A DNA stretch of 23,007 nucleotides from positions 62,001 to 85,007 of the forward strand of contig JBNGIO010006285.1 in assembly GCA_049999805.1 (NCBI GenBank), given 5' to 3'. Below the pieces are notes generated by a model. It did not search any database. It saw nothing but the letters and a program-made list of their open reading frames with translations, and had not been told where the DNA came from. A program made the translations under genes and the position numbers. Positions 10,040-20,650 of the stretch are shown here, piece by piece (the stretch's first letter is position 1; each line of letters starts with the position of its first letter). Origin of the DNA: Folioceros fuciformis. Its lineage: Eukaryota.

Positions 10040-10537
10040 CTATCATGGTATAGCAATCTTTCTCTGAACATCTCCACTCATAAACTGAAATATGATATGT
10101 ACGTTTCAAAGTCAGTACAATCTAAAGAACATGTCTTTGAAAAAAGGAATCTTTTCCAATTTTCGTCTTTGTGGTTAATGGGAGATTGATAGGAATGCCC
10201 TTCTAGCCGCTCAGTGTCTAACTTAAGGACATCTTGTTTGAAACGAGATGGTGTTCTCATTAGAAAGACCTAGCTTGAAAGGGAAGGGTTTCTCGTCAGC
10301 CCCCGACCCAAAGGCAAAATGGAAAGGCGTAGGCTAGATTAGGGGGCAGAGAGGGCCGATATTATGTATGTTTCTGTAGGAAATACGGCCTCCATGGTTT
10401 AAAAACTTATACAAATCATTTAAAAGCAAAAGGCTACTATGGGGGTAGACTTGGTGTGCCATAAACAAACCGCTCAAAGGTGGGGGGTCACGTGGACAAA
10501 ACTGTCTTTCTCGAGACGAGAATTTGCACTCTCTTGT

Positions 10538-12726
10538 TTAAGCTGCGACCGTCGACTTCTCCGCAGATGGAGGTACCGCGACTTTGGACACAGTTGGGCT
10601 GTCCACTGCCAGACCCATAGCATGCAGACCGTTGTCCACGTAGATTACAGATCCGGTAATGGCAGATGCCAGGTTTGATGCAAGGAACGCTGCTGTATTT
10701 CCGACCTCATCTGTGTCATCAGTCCAAGTATTAGATAGCGTCACAAGAAAATTAACTCCAGAAAAGTGTTTTGCGTGCACATTTTGCGCTCACCAGCATC
10801 AAGCTCCTTCTGCAAAGGAGCATTCGCAGTGGAGTAGTTGATCATGTCATCGATGAAACCAATTGCTTTCGCTGCCCTACTTCGCAAAGGCCCTGAAAAT
10901 TTCAGCCATTGTCAAGCAACCGGGCACAACCACATTTAAAACTTCAAAATTACGTATCGTCTATTCGAATACCTGCCGATATAGTATTGACACGGATGTT
11001 GTACTTTCTCCCAGCTTCGAAGGCAAGCAACTGCAGAGCAAGGTAAATGCAATGAAGAAGCTCAATGTACCTGAAAGGTGAAGAGCCAAATACACAAAGA
11101 TTACATACCCTCGTGTCACTCTCCAAAGCTGCCTTTGCTGAGCTCATTCCACCCCCATATCTGCAGGCAGCTCAAAAACTTGGTAAGAACCAGAAGGCTT
11201 GCATTGGCTGGTGGAGGGGATGTGGGGGAGGAAGGGACAGTTGGGGGAGAAGGAGACGGGGAGCAATGGACTCCAAAGGACACTGACCCCGGAATAATCC
11301 GCTCGGAAGCAAGATAAGTGAGCGAGATGGACGCACCGCCTGTCGTAATCCCACAGGCATCACACTCGTTGCTGACAGCCTGAAGGACGTCTTTCACGAT
11401 CAAGCGCTAGGATTAAACAAATCTGCAAACCTGGGTTTATAAAGGGCGCAAAGTGCTTCAGCAACGACACGTATGAGTAACTCGAGGCGGAGACGGCCGC
11501 AAGATAGCCCTTCCTTGAAGTTTCGAGGAGGGGTTTGGTCACCTGTCCAGAAGCAGCCACATGAGCAGAAAGGCCCAAGACCGGAGAGTCACCAGATGCA
11601 AATCATGCAAGCAGGCTCACCTCTGGTCCGTTAGCCAATGAGTGCACCAGGATGTCAATGCTGCCATAATCCTTCTTCACCCGGTCAGCAACTTCCTACA
11701 CACATAGCACGCAACAGGACTATCATCAATCCTTCAAACAGCCCATGCTTCCGTGAAAGAGACTGGAATCAATACTATTCTTTTATGAGCACAAGAGTTC
11801 AGTTCCTGCACCCTCACCTGAACAGTCCAACCTTCCGCGCCAGCATATCTCTTGTTCTTCAAGATCTGAGAAACAGAAGCAGCACATTCAGATCTACCTG
11901 CAGCAAGATAGCAGGTGGAGAGAAGCTAACCTGCACCGACCTCTTCAGGCACGTCGTCCAGAGTATCAAACACAGCATCCAAGGGGTAGACTTTGGCAAT
12001 CTCTAGGAGCGACCCGTTAGCAAGCCTGCCAAAGGCACTCAAAAGCATGAGACGCCGTAACATCCCCCGAAAGCACCTTCCACTGAACCGATTGCCAACA
12101 AAATGCGTGGCTTACACTCTGGAGTCGTCGAACTTGCCGCGCCTCAGACTCGTTTCAAAGATATTCAGCGCCTGCAACACAACATGCCGATGCTGATGCA
12201 GCCCGAGCCTCGCAGAACCGAATTCAGTGCAACAGCGAAGTTCAGTTCATGCCACGCACAGGCACCCAGGTCCCGACAAGAATTTCGGCTCCAGCTGCAG
12301 CCAGGGCCTTGGCGATGGCCCATCCGAAGCCTTGATCGTCAGCGATGCCTGCAATGAAGGCCCTCTTGCCTACAGGTTCCCCGAGCCTGCGTGAGCCGGA
12401 CATGCATGCATGCACCAAACCACAACGAGCAGTAAGCGCGACAAGAGCAGCAAGATTTTGTCACCTCGCAGGTCGATTTGCAGCCCGGCCGGAGGCGATC
12501 CCGTGCCCGCCCCGTTGCCAGACGCCACCACCTGCAGCCGCGACTTGTGCTGCGCAGCTGCGGCGATGCTGCCTGTCGACCTCACCGAGGATTTGAGGGA
12601 CAGCGAGCCCGGGAAGATGGAGAGCTTGTCGGAAGACACAGCTGCCAGAACTCTGCAGCAGAGCTTCGGCTGAGTTGAGGCAGACGCAGCCAACATGGAC
12701 GACGACAATGCGGCTGCGGACGCCAT
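10538..12726 (-). CDS. ENR: Plastid enoyl-[acyl-carrier-protein] reductase (FabI/MOD1 type), 12 coding exons, 393 aa
   Basis: Exons 12726-12465, 12369-12260, 12171-12116, 12025-11941, 11865-11818, 11695-11621, 11542-11431, 11339-11288, 11160-11109, 11030-10973, 10892-10794, 10710-10538. All introns are GT-AG, 75-127 nt, and phases are consistent (1182 nt total). Motifs [82 protein letters not shown]. Ser/Ala-rich transit peptide. Possible 5'UTR intron at 12817-12728. Confidence 0.97.
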
Positions 12727-13771
12727 CCTGCGGCGCATCAGCAGCGGCGGCCCATCAGCTTTGCGTGTCCGCGCAGGTGAGCTCACAAGAAAATGCGGGC
12801 GCCCGGTTCTCGCTCACCCGCTACGGCGCTAGCTGGAAGATGTTGCTAACAAGGGACGCACAGCACACCACAGCACAGCACGGCGCAGGTGCAGGGGGCG
12901 CACTGGTGGAAAGCCGTTCAAAGCACTACTAGCATGGCATTCGCAATAGTCCATTCTCCTTCCCCTTCCCCGACTTGTCTACATCCGAAGAAAAATACAC
13001 ATCACCTACCTACGTGCGTGTCAATTCCATCAAAATCTCGCTTAGCGAGACACAAAAACACATCGTTTTATCATCCGAGTGAGCTTGAGGGAAAAGAAAG
13101 CAACATCTGGAGCTGAACATGAACATACTGTAGAACACAGGACATGGGTGGAACCAGGGTAAGTCAGCGCCTGAGAGTCGACTGTGTATTTCTTGCTATC
13201 CAGCAGGAAAGAAGCGACTGTGGATGCAGCACGACGTCGGAGTACAACAAAAAATGACACTGGAATCACGAGGAGAGGAAGCCTGGACACTGGAGAACTG
13301 AGGAAAAAAGAGTGGACGTCCTATTCTAGCTGGCTAATGGCTGCCCATGTGCTTGGGTCCACTCTCAGAGAAGGTTCTGATGCAGAGGCCAAGGGTGGGA
13401 CCGTGGCACTGGCGAAAGAAAGCAAGGCAGATAATCTCTCAAATGAGAACAGTAAGAGCCCTATGCCACCTCCAGACTCTTAAGCTGCAGTTTGATCCTT
13501 CAGTTGCAACTCATCTGTTCAAGTCATTGGCCAAAACATTGCATCCGGCCTGACTTCTCACATAAAACTGTCGTTGAGGTAAGTCAGGGCCTTCACGTGG
13601 TTGTAAGATGCACAAGGACGCACCCTCGAATGCAGACAAGGCTCAAGGGGCTGGGCCCTCCCGATTTTGTCAAAATAGCACTTGCCTTTGAACTAGGGGT
13701 CCTGGAAAAGATGAGATGTTCCATTTGCCTTCATCGATAAGGCTTCTAGGAGCAGGTCGGTCTCCATCAGC

Positions 13772-15360
13772 TCATGAGTGTACCACCAATCCGTTGTTGC
13801 CGGAAACGCTGCGGGAGTGATTGTGGTCGCCTTCATAAGTAACAATCAGCATAGAGGGATTTTCCAATGACCGCTCCACATGCTTTCGGGCAGGGCAGCC
13901 TCTGATGCTGCTGCACTTGTAATACCCTCTGCAAAAGAATATAGTAAAAGTGTTAAATGAGAAACGAAAACGGAAGCTTGCTGCTCTGTGACCCACTCAA
14001 GAGTGAAAGCGAAGTTTGCGCATCCCGACAAACGACATATAACAATGCATGGCATACAAGGGCATCCTACAACTAGATTTCCAGAGCCGCGCGAGAAGCA
14101 TTCAAGAAATGCAACAGATCAAGACAAGCCACAACTTCATTCAGCTACTTTTCTCGGACAAGCTGGCGGAGTTGCCGACTGACCTGGGATGAGGGGAACC
14201 CTTGATAGGCTTTTGACCATATTTCCTCCACGAGAAGTCATCCGGAGGGATGTCGGCAAGTTTGTTGCTGATTGCAGGGACGACTGTAGTTCGCTTGATC
14301 TTCTGCTTCCTGGAAACACAACCAAGAGTTAACAGATGAGGAGACGGTAGACAAAGACAGATAAGGGTCCAAACTAGAGGCGAACACAAGAGCTGGAACA
14401 GAGGACATAGAAATACACCAAACACCTAAGAAGGCAAATCTCAACAAATCCAGAAAAGGTAGGCGAGGAGATGACAAATGTGCAAACTGAAGCCACGAAA
14501 GGCAGGCAGAAGTACCTTCGCTTCGAGCAGTGGCAGCGTCCGGGAGTGGAACATTTGCCTCCGGCTTCATCCGACTTACCCATGCACTTCTTCTTGCCAG
14601 ACCCTTGACTGCTGCGGCCACGGCTAGGAGGCATGGCCGCCGAGTGGGACAGAAGTGGCTTGTCATTGGCAACACTGCCATCCATGCTAAGGGATGACAA
14701 GAACGACTTTGATGTGGTCGATAAAGGGTTTGAGGTCAGGGAGTGATCGAAGCTGAGAACCGGTTTCCCGGCCATCATGTCCTGCTGGGTATGCAATTGC
14801 GGGAATTGAATCTTGCGGGCCTGATTCTGCAACGTCATCTGCTGCATCTGATGGATATGCTGCAGCTGCTGCTGAAGATGCAGCTGCTGTAATTGAGAGT
14901 GCTGCTGCAATTGAGGATGCTGCTGCGCAGCTACCTCCGCAGCACCATTGCTTCCACCACCAGAAGAACAGCTCTGAGACGGCATAAACGGCAGTGCCTT
15001 CAGTGGAAGCACATCCGACGAGGTCGGGGAGTAAGGGGACGCCGCTAGCGTGTTCGCCGCCGGCTCCAGCTGCCCGAACTCCGATCCCTCAAACCCCGTC
15101 GACGGCGCAGCCTGCGGCCCCATGGGGCCCCGCCTGAAGCGCGCGTGCCCCGTTCTGCTCAACAGCGCCACCACCTTCTTGAACTTGGAGATGGCCGCCC
15201 CCGCAACTGTCCCGCAATCCTGCTGCAAATCCTGGTGTGGCCGCGCCTGCGACCATATTTGCAGCAGCCTCTGCGCACTCTCCAACCCTGCTCTCGTCGC
15301 CTCCTGCACATCCTGGACCCGCTCCGTCTTGCTGCTGCAGTAATACTCCATCACCTCCAT
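13772..15360 (-). CDS. WRKY: Group IId WRKY transcription factor, 3 exons (15360-14516, 14309-14184, 13928-13772), 375 aa
   Basis: N-terminal [12 protein letters not shown] (calmodulin-binding C-motif), [11 protein letters not shown] (HARF motif), polyQ tract, zinc cluster [45 protein letters not shown]...YEGDHNH, with the typical intron after PR. Confidence 0.97.
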
Positions 15361-16056
15361 CTCCAGTTGTCCTGCCTTGGCCTCCCTACACCTCCCGTCC
15401 GTTCATCCCTGCCGTCCTCCTCCTCCCACGCTCACCCTGGACAGCCACGCACCACCAGCACCGTTCAACAACCGAATACACATACATAATAACAAAACAA
15501 GCAAGAAGCACCGCAATTAGCATAGGCACCTGCCTCCCCGGGTTCCTTCAACCCAGCTTCACAAACAGCCCTCCTCCTCTTCCCCTACTTCTCCCTCCCC
15601 CTCTCCCTCTCCAAAGCAAAGCAAACAACTTACATTGCCTCTTCCTCTTCGTCTCCTTCTCGTCTTCTTTCAGGGCTCGGAGCCACGGCCATCAGGCCGC
15701 TTCCATGCAGGCGAAAGGCCCCAACCGCACCATAGCAGCGCCATAGCCGCTACCGAGCCCGAGACGCCTTGCAGAGCCAACAGCCTGTTGGGTGCAGGCC
15801 CGCTTCTTGCAACAAGCGCGTCTCCTTCGAGGAGAAGACGTCTCGAGACGTGAGAGGGCAGGAGGAGGAGGAGCAGCAGAGAGTAGAACAGAAACGTAAG
15901 GGGAATCCGAGAGAGCTCTCCGCTGATGAGAGGGAGCACAACGCTAGCCAGCCTCGCACTTTAGTCGCTCGCGCGGAGAGAGGAGGAGAGGGAGAAGGAG
16001 AGAGAAAGGTGTAGAAAGAGAAACCAAGAGCGTGTAGAGAGAGGAATGGTACCAGG

Positions 16057-16312
16057 AGTCAAAGCTTCCCCTGATAACGTAACGTCGTCATGGTGTGACA
16101 GGCACCGCCCACCCATCCCCCCGTTCCGGTTAAAGGAGACCCGACCGACTGACTGGCGTTTTATGAGATGACGGTGTCTCGTGTTTCCTGGTTCCATTGA
16201 TGCCGCGTCGACTGGCGTCCATGCCCGTTGCCAGACCAGGCCTGTGGAGTCCGGACAAGTCAACTGGAAGTCGAGTTTACCATGATGCGTTACGGGCTCT
16301 AACCTGGGTCAA
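16057..16312 (-). promoter_or_regulatory. Three W-boxes (TTGACY on the minus strand) in the WRKY / small-gene divergent promoter
   Basis: AGTCAA at 16057-16062, AGTCAA at 16258-16263 and GGTCAA at 16307-16312. Confidence 0.5.
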
Positions 16313-16340
16313 CTCGTCTTTTCGGAGACGAGCGCGAATT

Positions 16341-16349
16341 TTAGGGTTT
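16341..16349 (+). promoter_or_regulatory. Telo-box (TTAGGGTTT = AAACCCTAA reverse complement) just upstream of the small gene
   Basis: Exact motif about 50 nt upstream of ATG 16395; common near the TSS of plant housekeeping genes. Confidence 0.45.
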
Positions 16350-16394
16350 CAGTGTTGGTTGAGCGTCTGGCGTGCAGCTGCATCGAGGAGAGCG

Positions 16395-17033
16395 ATGGCG
16401 ATGGCGGCCGCGGAAGCTACGGGAACCGCGATGTCGCTTTGGGGGAGGATCAAGAGCCAGAAGCACAACATCCTCGGTATGACCATGATGTTGTCGTTTT
16501 TCGTCATGTCCACCAAGCTGCTGGACATGGACAAGGAGCTCACCAGGGTGAAGAAGGATCACGAGGATGCGCAGGTTAGGGTGCTGCTGCTGCTTCTGCA
16601 AGGTGTTGGATTGAATTCACGTGTTTTCTGTTGTGTGAATTGCTTTTGCGGATGGACGGGCGGGGTTGCAGGAGGAGGCTGATGAGCTGCGGCGGAAGGT
16701 GAGCGGGTTGAAGGAGTCAGTGTTACGGGAGGTTTCGAGAGCTGCTAGCGCCAGGGACAGTGTGGCCAATTTGAAGTCCAGGCTGCAGGTTTTGATGGAG
16801 GAGCGTATGGCGGACATGCATATTTCCACCGCCTCGGGGAAGCAGCAGTCTGGTTTGTGCTGGTGTTGTTTTGTCAGCTCACTTCAACTTTTTTTCCGGA
16901 GAAGTGGAATTGATGGTAAACCGGATTGACAAATTTTGATTTTGTGTGTGATCACTGTGTTTTGCTTGCAGGGAGCACTGCTGAATCGCAGCAGGAGCCG
17001 CAGCAGCAGAGCGGGAAGACGTTCATGGTGTAG
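16395..17033 (+). CDS. Small uncharacterised protein with one hydrophobic segment and a coiled coil; join(16395..16574,16672..16852,16972..17033), 140 aa
   Basis: Two GT-AG introns (97 and 119 nt) with matching phases join three ORF-track fragments: MAMAAAEATG...NILGMTMMLSFFVMSTKLLDMDKELTRVKKDHEDAQ | EEADELRRKVSGLKESVLREV...GKQQS | GSTAESQQEPQQQSGKTFMV*. Confidence 0.75.
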
Positions 17034-17710
17034 AGTTTGCGGAAGCTGGGCTTTTGGAGGCTTGTGTACTCAAATGAATTGTGCTTTGCGAATCTGGGAG
17101 ATCGATCATGCATCTGCCTAGCTGAGTTGCTAACTGGAACGGGAGCGGGTGCAAGAGCGGGAGGCGGACTGTCGTCGTTTGGTGGCACCCCTGCCACTTC
17201 CATTGCTGTGGACAAGAGGACTTATTAATGGTTTTGGATTCCAACACACTCCTGTACAAAGTCGCCAGCATGCGGCCAAAGTACGGCTTCCGTGATGATG
17301 ACATTGTGAATAGTATACTGAAGTGCTGAGAGCTTCTGACCGGTGCGCCTTGTCCGGGTCCATAGGAACTCTGGTCTTTTGCGGGGAGGAAGGTTCAGGA
17401 CACCTGTGCTGGTGGAGACCCGTGAAATAGATTACATATGCACCGCTGCCCCGAGAGAAGTTGGTTCGTGGGTAGTGTATAGCTGGCTCCTCTGCTGTCG
17501 TATGCAGTGCTGCTGACTTTGCATGATCTCCTCCTCGTTGTTTTTCGGAAAGATCCGTGTGACCCTCTCCCCGTCCACACATGTTCGCATGCCCAGATTA
17601 GGGATTAGGCTGGGCCGGGGTCAGCATTTGCCGAGTCTAATGCAGGTTTGATGGCTTGCTAATTCTGGCAGCGGTGGGATGCATGCGCAGGCGGCACCAG
17701 CCGCTTGTCA

Positions 17711-19029
17711 AGTCAAAGAAACGAGGAGGTAGAGGAGAGACAGGAGGAGCAGCGAGGAAGTAGAGGAGAACCACAGATGTCCAGACACGTGGGGAGTTAC
17801 CAGCAGGCAGACAAAGGCTTCAACTGTTTTGTCAGATCCAACTGGGCTATAGGCAGGTGAGAGACAAAACAAACAAAGCAACCCAAATCAGTCAGTCAAC
17901 TGGTGGCCATCAGGAATCTCCTTTCCTATTTCCAGCAATGCATACTGAATCCGTCGAAATCTTTGACGCTCTCCTAGCTGCATGTAAACCGGCCCTGTCT
18001 TGTCTGTGATTGGGTTGTGGGTGAAACCGTGAATGCAACGGCGCATGCTGCTTTACGTTACCACCAGCAGGAGTGGCATGTACTACCACCACCCTGAATT
18101 GAATGCATTGCAGGCCAGCTTCACCAACACGGCACCAAGTCAAACCCTAGCGTTTGATCCTGTGGCGTCCGGCGTGACGTAGTTAGTGGCATCTGGGGAT
18201 AAAGGAGTTTGACCCCGGTTTGGTAGGTGGGGTACATCCTGTGTGTACATACTTTTGTTCTCTCTCCTCCTCCCTTCCCTTTCCTTGTCTGCCCTTCTCT
18301 TCCCTTCCATTCCCGAATCCCCTCTCCCGCTTTCCATGTGCAGGACACTTGTGTGGAGGGTGTGCAGGTAGGGCCTCTCATCTTCCTTCACTCCCTTCAC
18401 GCAAGCCAAGTGTATAGCGTGGAGGTAAGGGCGGGTCAAACCGGCTTACGCGGTACAAACATTCTCCCGATTACCGTCCCGTCCGCTCCGGTACAATAAT
18501 AGTGGGCCACACACACATTGAAGGTATGGCTTCCTCATATTCCTCGCATGCCGAAATTGCCAAATGCCTCGTCTGCCTTTCTGGCCCCCATTTGTCGGGC
18601 GCTATCCACTGACATCACCTGGGTTTTGCAGCCGGACATGGGCAGGGCAGGGCAGGTCAGGCCAGGCCAGGCCAGGCCGGGTCAGGCCCTTTTATAGTCT
18701 ATTATTTCCATGACGCAAAACAATGACACGACTGAGGAGGCTTCTTGTTTGACAGCATAGACCAAGTGAGACTGGTACTCCACCGCCATGATGGGACGGG
18801 TACGTGTATGCAAGTTCCGTTGGTAATATATCTCCATTTAAATTCTTTTTTTCTCAAATAAATGTATTCATTCCAGGTATTCAACCATTGTAGAATTCGG
18901 ATATCAGAAGTCATGGATGATTAGAGATACAATCCACGGTGTGCCTCGTGAGCTGTATGCAGAACGCCGGCAGCGGCTGTTTTGTCGTTAGCGATTGAAG
19001 GGAAAGGAAACATTGGGGCCAAGTTGACC
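17711..19029. promoter_or_regulatory. Cluster of six W-boxes in non-coding DNA
   Basis: TTGACY or RGTCAA at 17711, 17894, 18138, 18209, 18434 and 19024; about 1 per kb is expected by chance. Confidence 0.4.
18331..18425 (+). other. Stem-loop, candidate miRNA precursor
   Basis: 18348-18368 pairs with 18385-18405 (17 Watson-Crick pairs, 2 G:U, 2 mismatches), with outer pairings ACACTTG/CAAGTGT and TTTCCATG/CGTGGAGG. Confidence 0.35.
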
Positions 19030-19074
19030 CAGGGCACACTCTCCGAGACCTCCCAGGCTACGTTGGCCTCATGA

Positions 19075-19209
19075 GGCGTTGGGAGCAGCACTCGGCGGTG
19101 GCAGTGGCAGGGCTTTGGGCGGGGCCGTTGGATGGTCGACGCCCATTCAATGCGACCACAACATTCACACCGCAAAGCCCGACACTGCCCCGCATTCTGC
19201 GCCACGCCC
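19075..19209. other. Long GC-rich imperfect hairpin
   Basis: GCGG/CCGC, GGCAGTG/CACTGCC, GGGCTTTG/CAAAGCCC, CGG/CCG, GTTG/CAAC and TGGTCG/CGACCA nest in order between 19095 and 19193. Confidence 0.4.
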
Positions 19210-19580
19210 GCCCGTAGCCTCCCCTCCTCCCCAACCAGCATCACCAATCGGTCGGGTGGGACCCGCTGCCTGTTGTGGCTGCACCATCAGGCATTCGCTG
19301 TACCAGTTGGCAACAACACAAGGCGGGCGAGCTGCACCTCTCGCACCGTCCGCCCACCTGCTCTCCATCTAACAGACTTTGTCAACGTACATATACGCGC
19401 ATCTCACCTACATGCTTTTCAATTTATTATCTATTTCATTTACTTTAAAAATCTTTCAACTAGAGTTAATATTATTAGTTCTAACTTTATTTTTCTTATA
19501 TAAATAAGAAAAATCAAGTAAGATTGAAAGTTAGTGGGAAGTTAACATAATAGATCCATCAAACACTCCAAGGCGAGGGT

Positions 19581-19658
19581 AATAAAGGCTTTATGGGTAG
19601 CCTTGATGGGTTTGAAAATAAAGGCTTTATGGGTAGCCTTGATGGCTTTGAAAATAAA
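19581..19658. repeat. 36-bp tandem duplication
   Basis: AATAAAGGCTTTATGGGTAGCCTTGATGG(G/C)TTTGAA at 19581 and 19617, and a partial third copy at 19653. Confidence 0.9.
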
Positions 19659-19712
19659 TTTCTTCTTAAGAGAAACGTAGTTGTAATTCTTGTGTTAAGA
19701 GAGAGACTTGTG

Positions 19713-20030
19713 AAGAGCTTGGTTAGTAAGTTTGTGGGTAGTAGCTAATTGGTATGTGCATTGCTATGCATCTTGATATAGTTCGCGAGTCATCAAGAGC
19801 CATGTGCTAGCAGCTATAAAGAGCTTAGTTAGTAAGTTTGTGAACGACTTAAAGGGTAGTAGCTAGTTAGGTGTGCACGCCAAACTCTTTATCATGCAAG
19901 CATTATGCATAAAGAGCAATATCTCAAGAGGTGGTTTGTGAGTGATTAGTATCCTTAGGCTCAGAGTTATCTAGAGCTTAGTTAGTGACTTTGTCATAAA
20001 GTTCAAGGCAATAGCCAATTGGGTGTAGAG
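19713..20030. repeat. Degenerate ~100-150 bp repeats, probably transposon-derived
   Basis: AGAGCTT(A/G)GTTAGT(A/G)A(G/C)TTTGT at 19714, 19820 and 19973, each followed by a GG(T/C)A(G/A)TAGC..TT.G.TGT-like motif. Confidence 0.65.
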
Positions 20031-20650
20031 CCCATTCACCAAATTGTCTAGAGATCCCTTTTAGAGATAGAGTGGTATGTAAGGATCATCCCATTTTCTA
20101 GCAAGTGTTTAGTTTAGGTTAACTTATGGGATAAAATTAGAGCTAGAGTGACATTCCTCGTTAAGCTTTGAGGATACTATGTGGTAAGACTTGAGTTAAA
20201 AGAGAAGTGGAGAGCTTAATTCCTATGTCTTTCAAAGAGTTCAGGGTCTATCTAGGCCCTTTCACATCCCTTTCATGAAGCAGGATTGAGTGCAGGGCGG
20301 CAAGGTGATTGGTGGTAGCGGGATTGAGTGTAAGGCGGCAGGGTGGTAGTCCAAGGCTGTGGGTGGCGAATTTACAAACTATGGTTGTGGTTGCAAGGTT
20401 GTGCTTGAAGCTACTAGGGACCGAAGTTCATGGATTGCAGAGCTCTGCCCATTGGGAACACTCGGAACATAGGGTGGCAATCCAAGTCTGTGGGCAGCAA
20501 ACTCCAAACACTATGATCACCACGTTGTGCTCGAAGCCGCGGGCCAGCGGGCTTGGTGGATTGTGGGGAGTTTGAGCTGCAGGACGGACTTTCTTGTCCC
20601 ATCCAGGACGTGGGATTTTCTTGTGCTATCTAGGAATTTTGTTTCGCAAT

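Noticed and set aside
12103-12357. Plus-strand 84-aa ORF antisense to ENR whose frame is also open in the duplicate at 6506-6770
   Set aside because: Short, with no recognisable similarity; the shared openness is explained by the ungapped duplication.
13184-13483. 99-aa plus-strand ORF between ENR and WRKY
   Set aside because: No ATG at its listed start and no recognisable motif; probably WRKY 3'UTR or ENR promoter.
14830-14930. CTG/CAG-rich microsatellite-like tract
   Set aside because: Simply the polyglutamine region of the WRKY CDS.
18563-18586. Loose resemblance to miR408
   Set aside because: Too many mismatches and gaps, and no pairing arm.
18598-18617. GGCGCTATCC matching part of a miR390 target site
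   Set aside because: Only 10 nt match and the seed-pairing half is absent; no second site or tasiARF sequence was seen.
20283-20350. Imperfect 38-bp duplication (GGATTGAGTG at 20283 and 20321)
   Set aside because: Minor local duplication in the probable LINE 5' region, with no independent significance.
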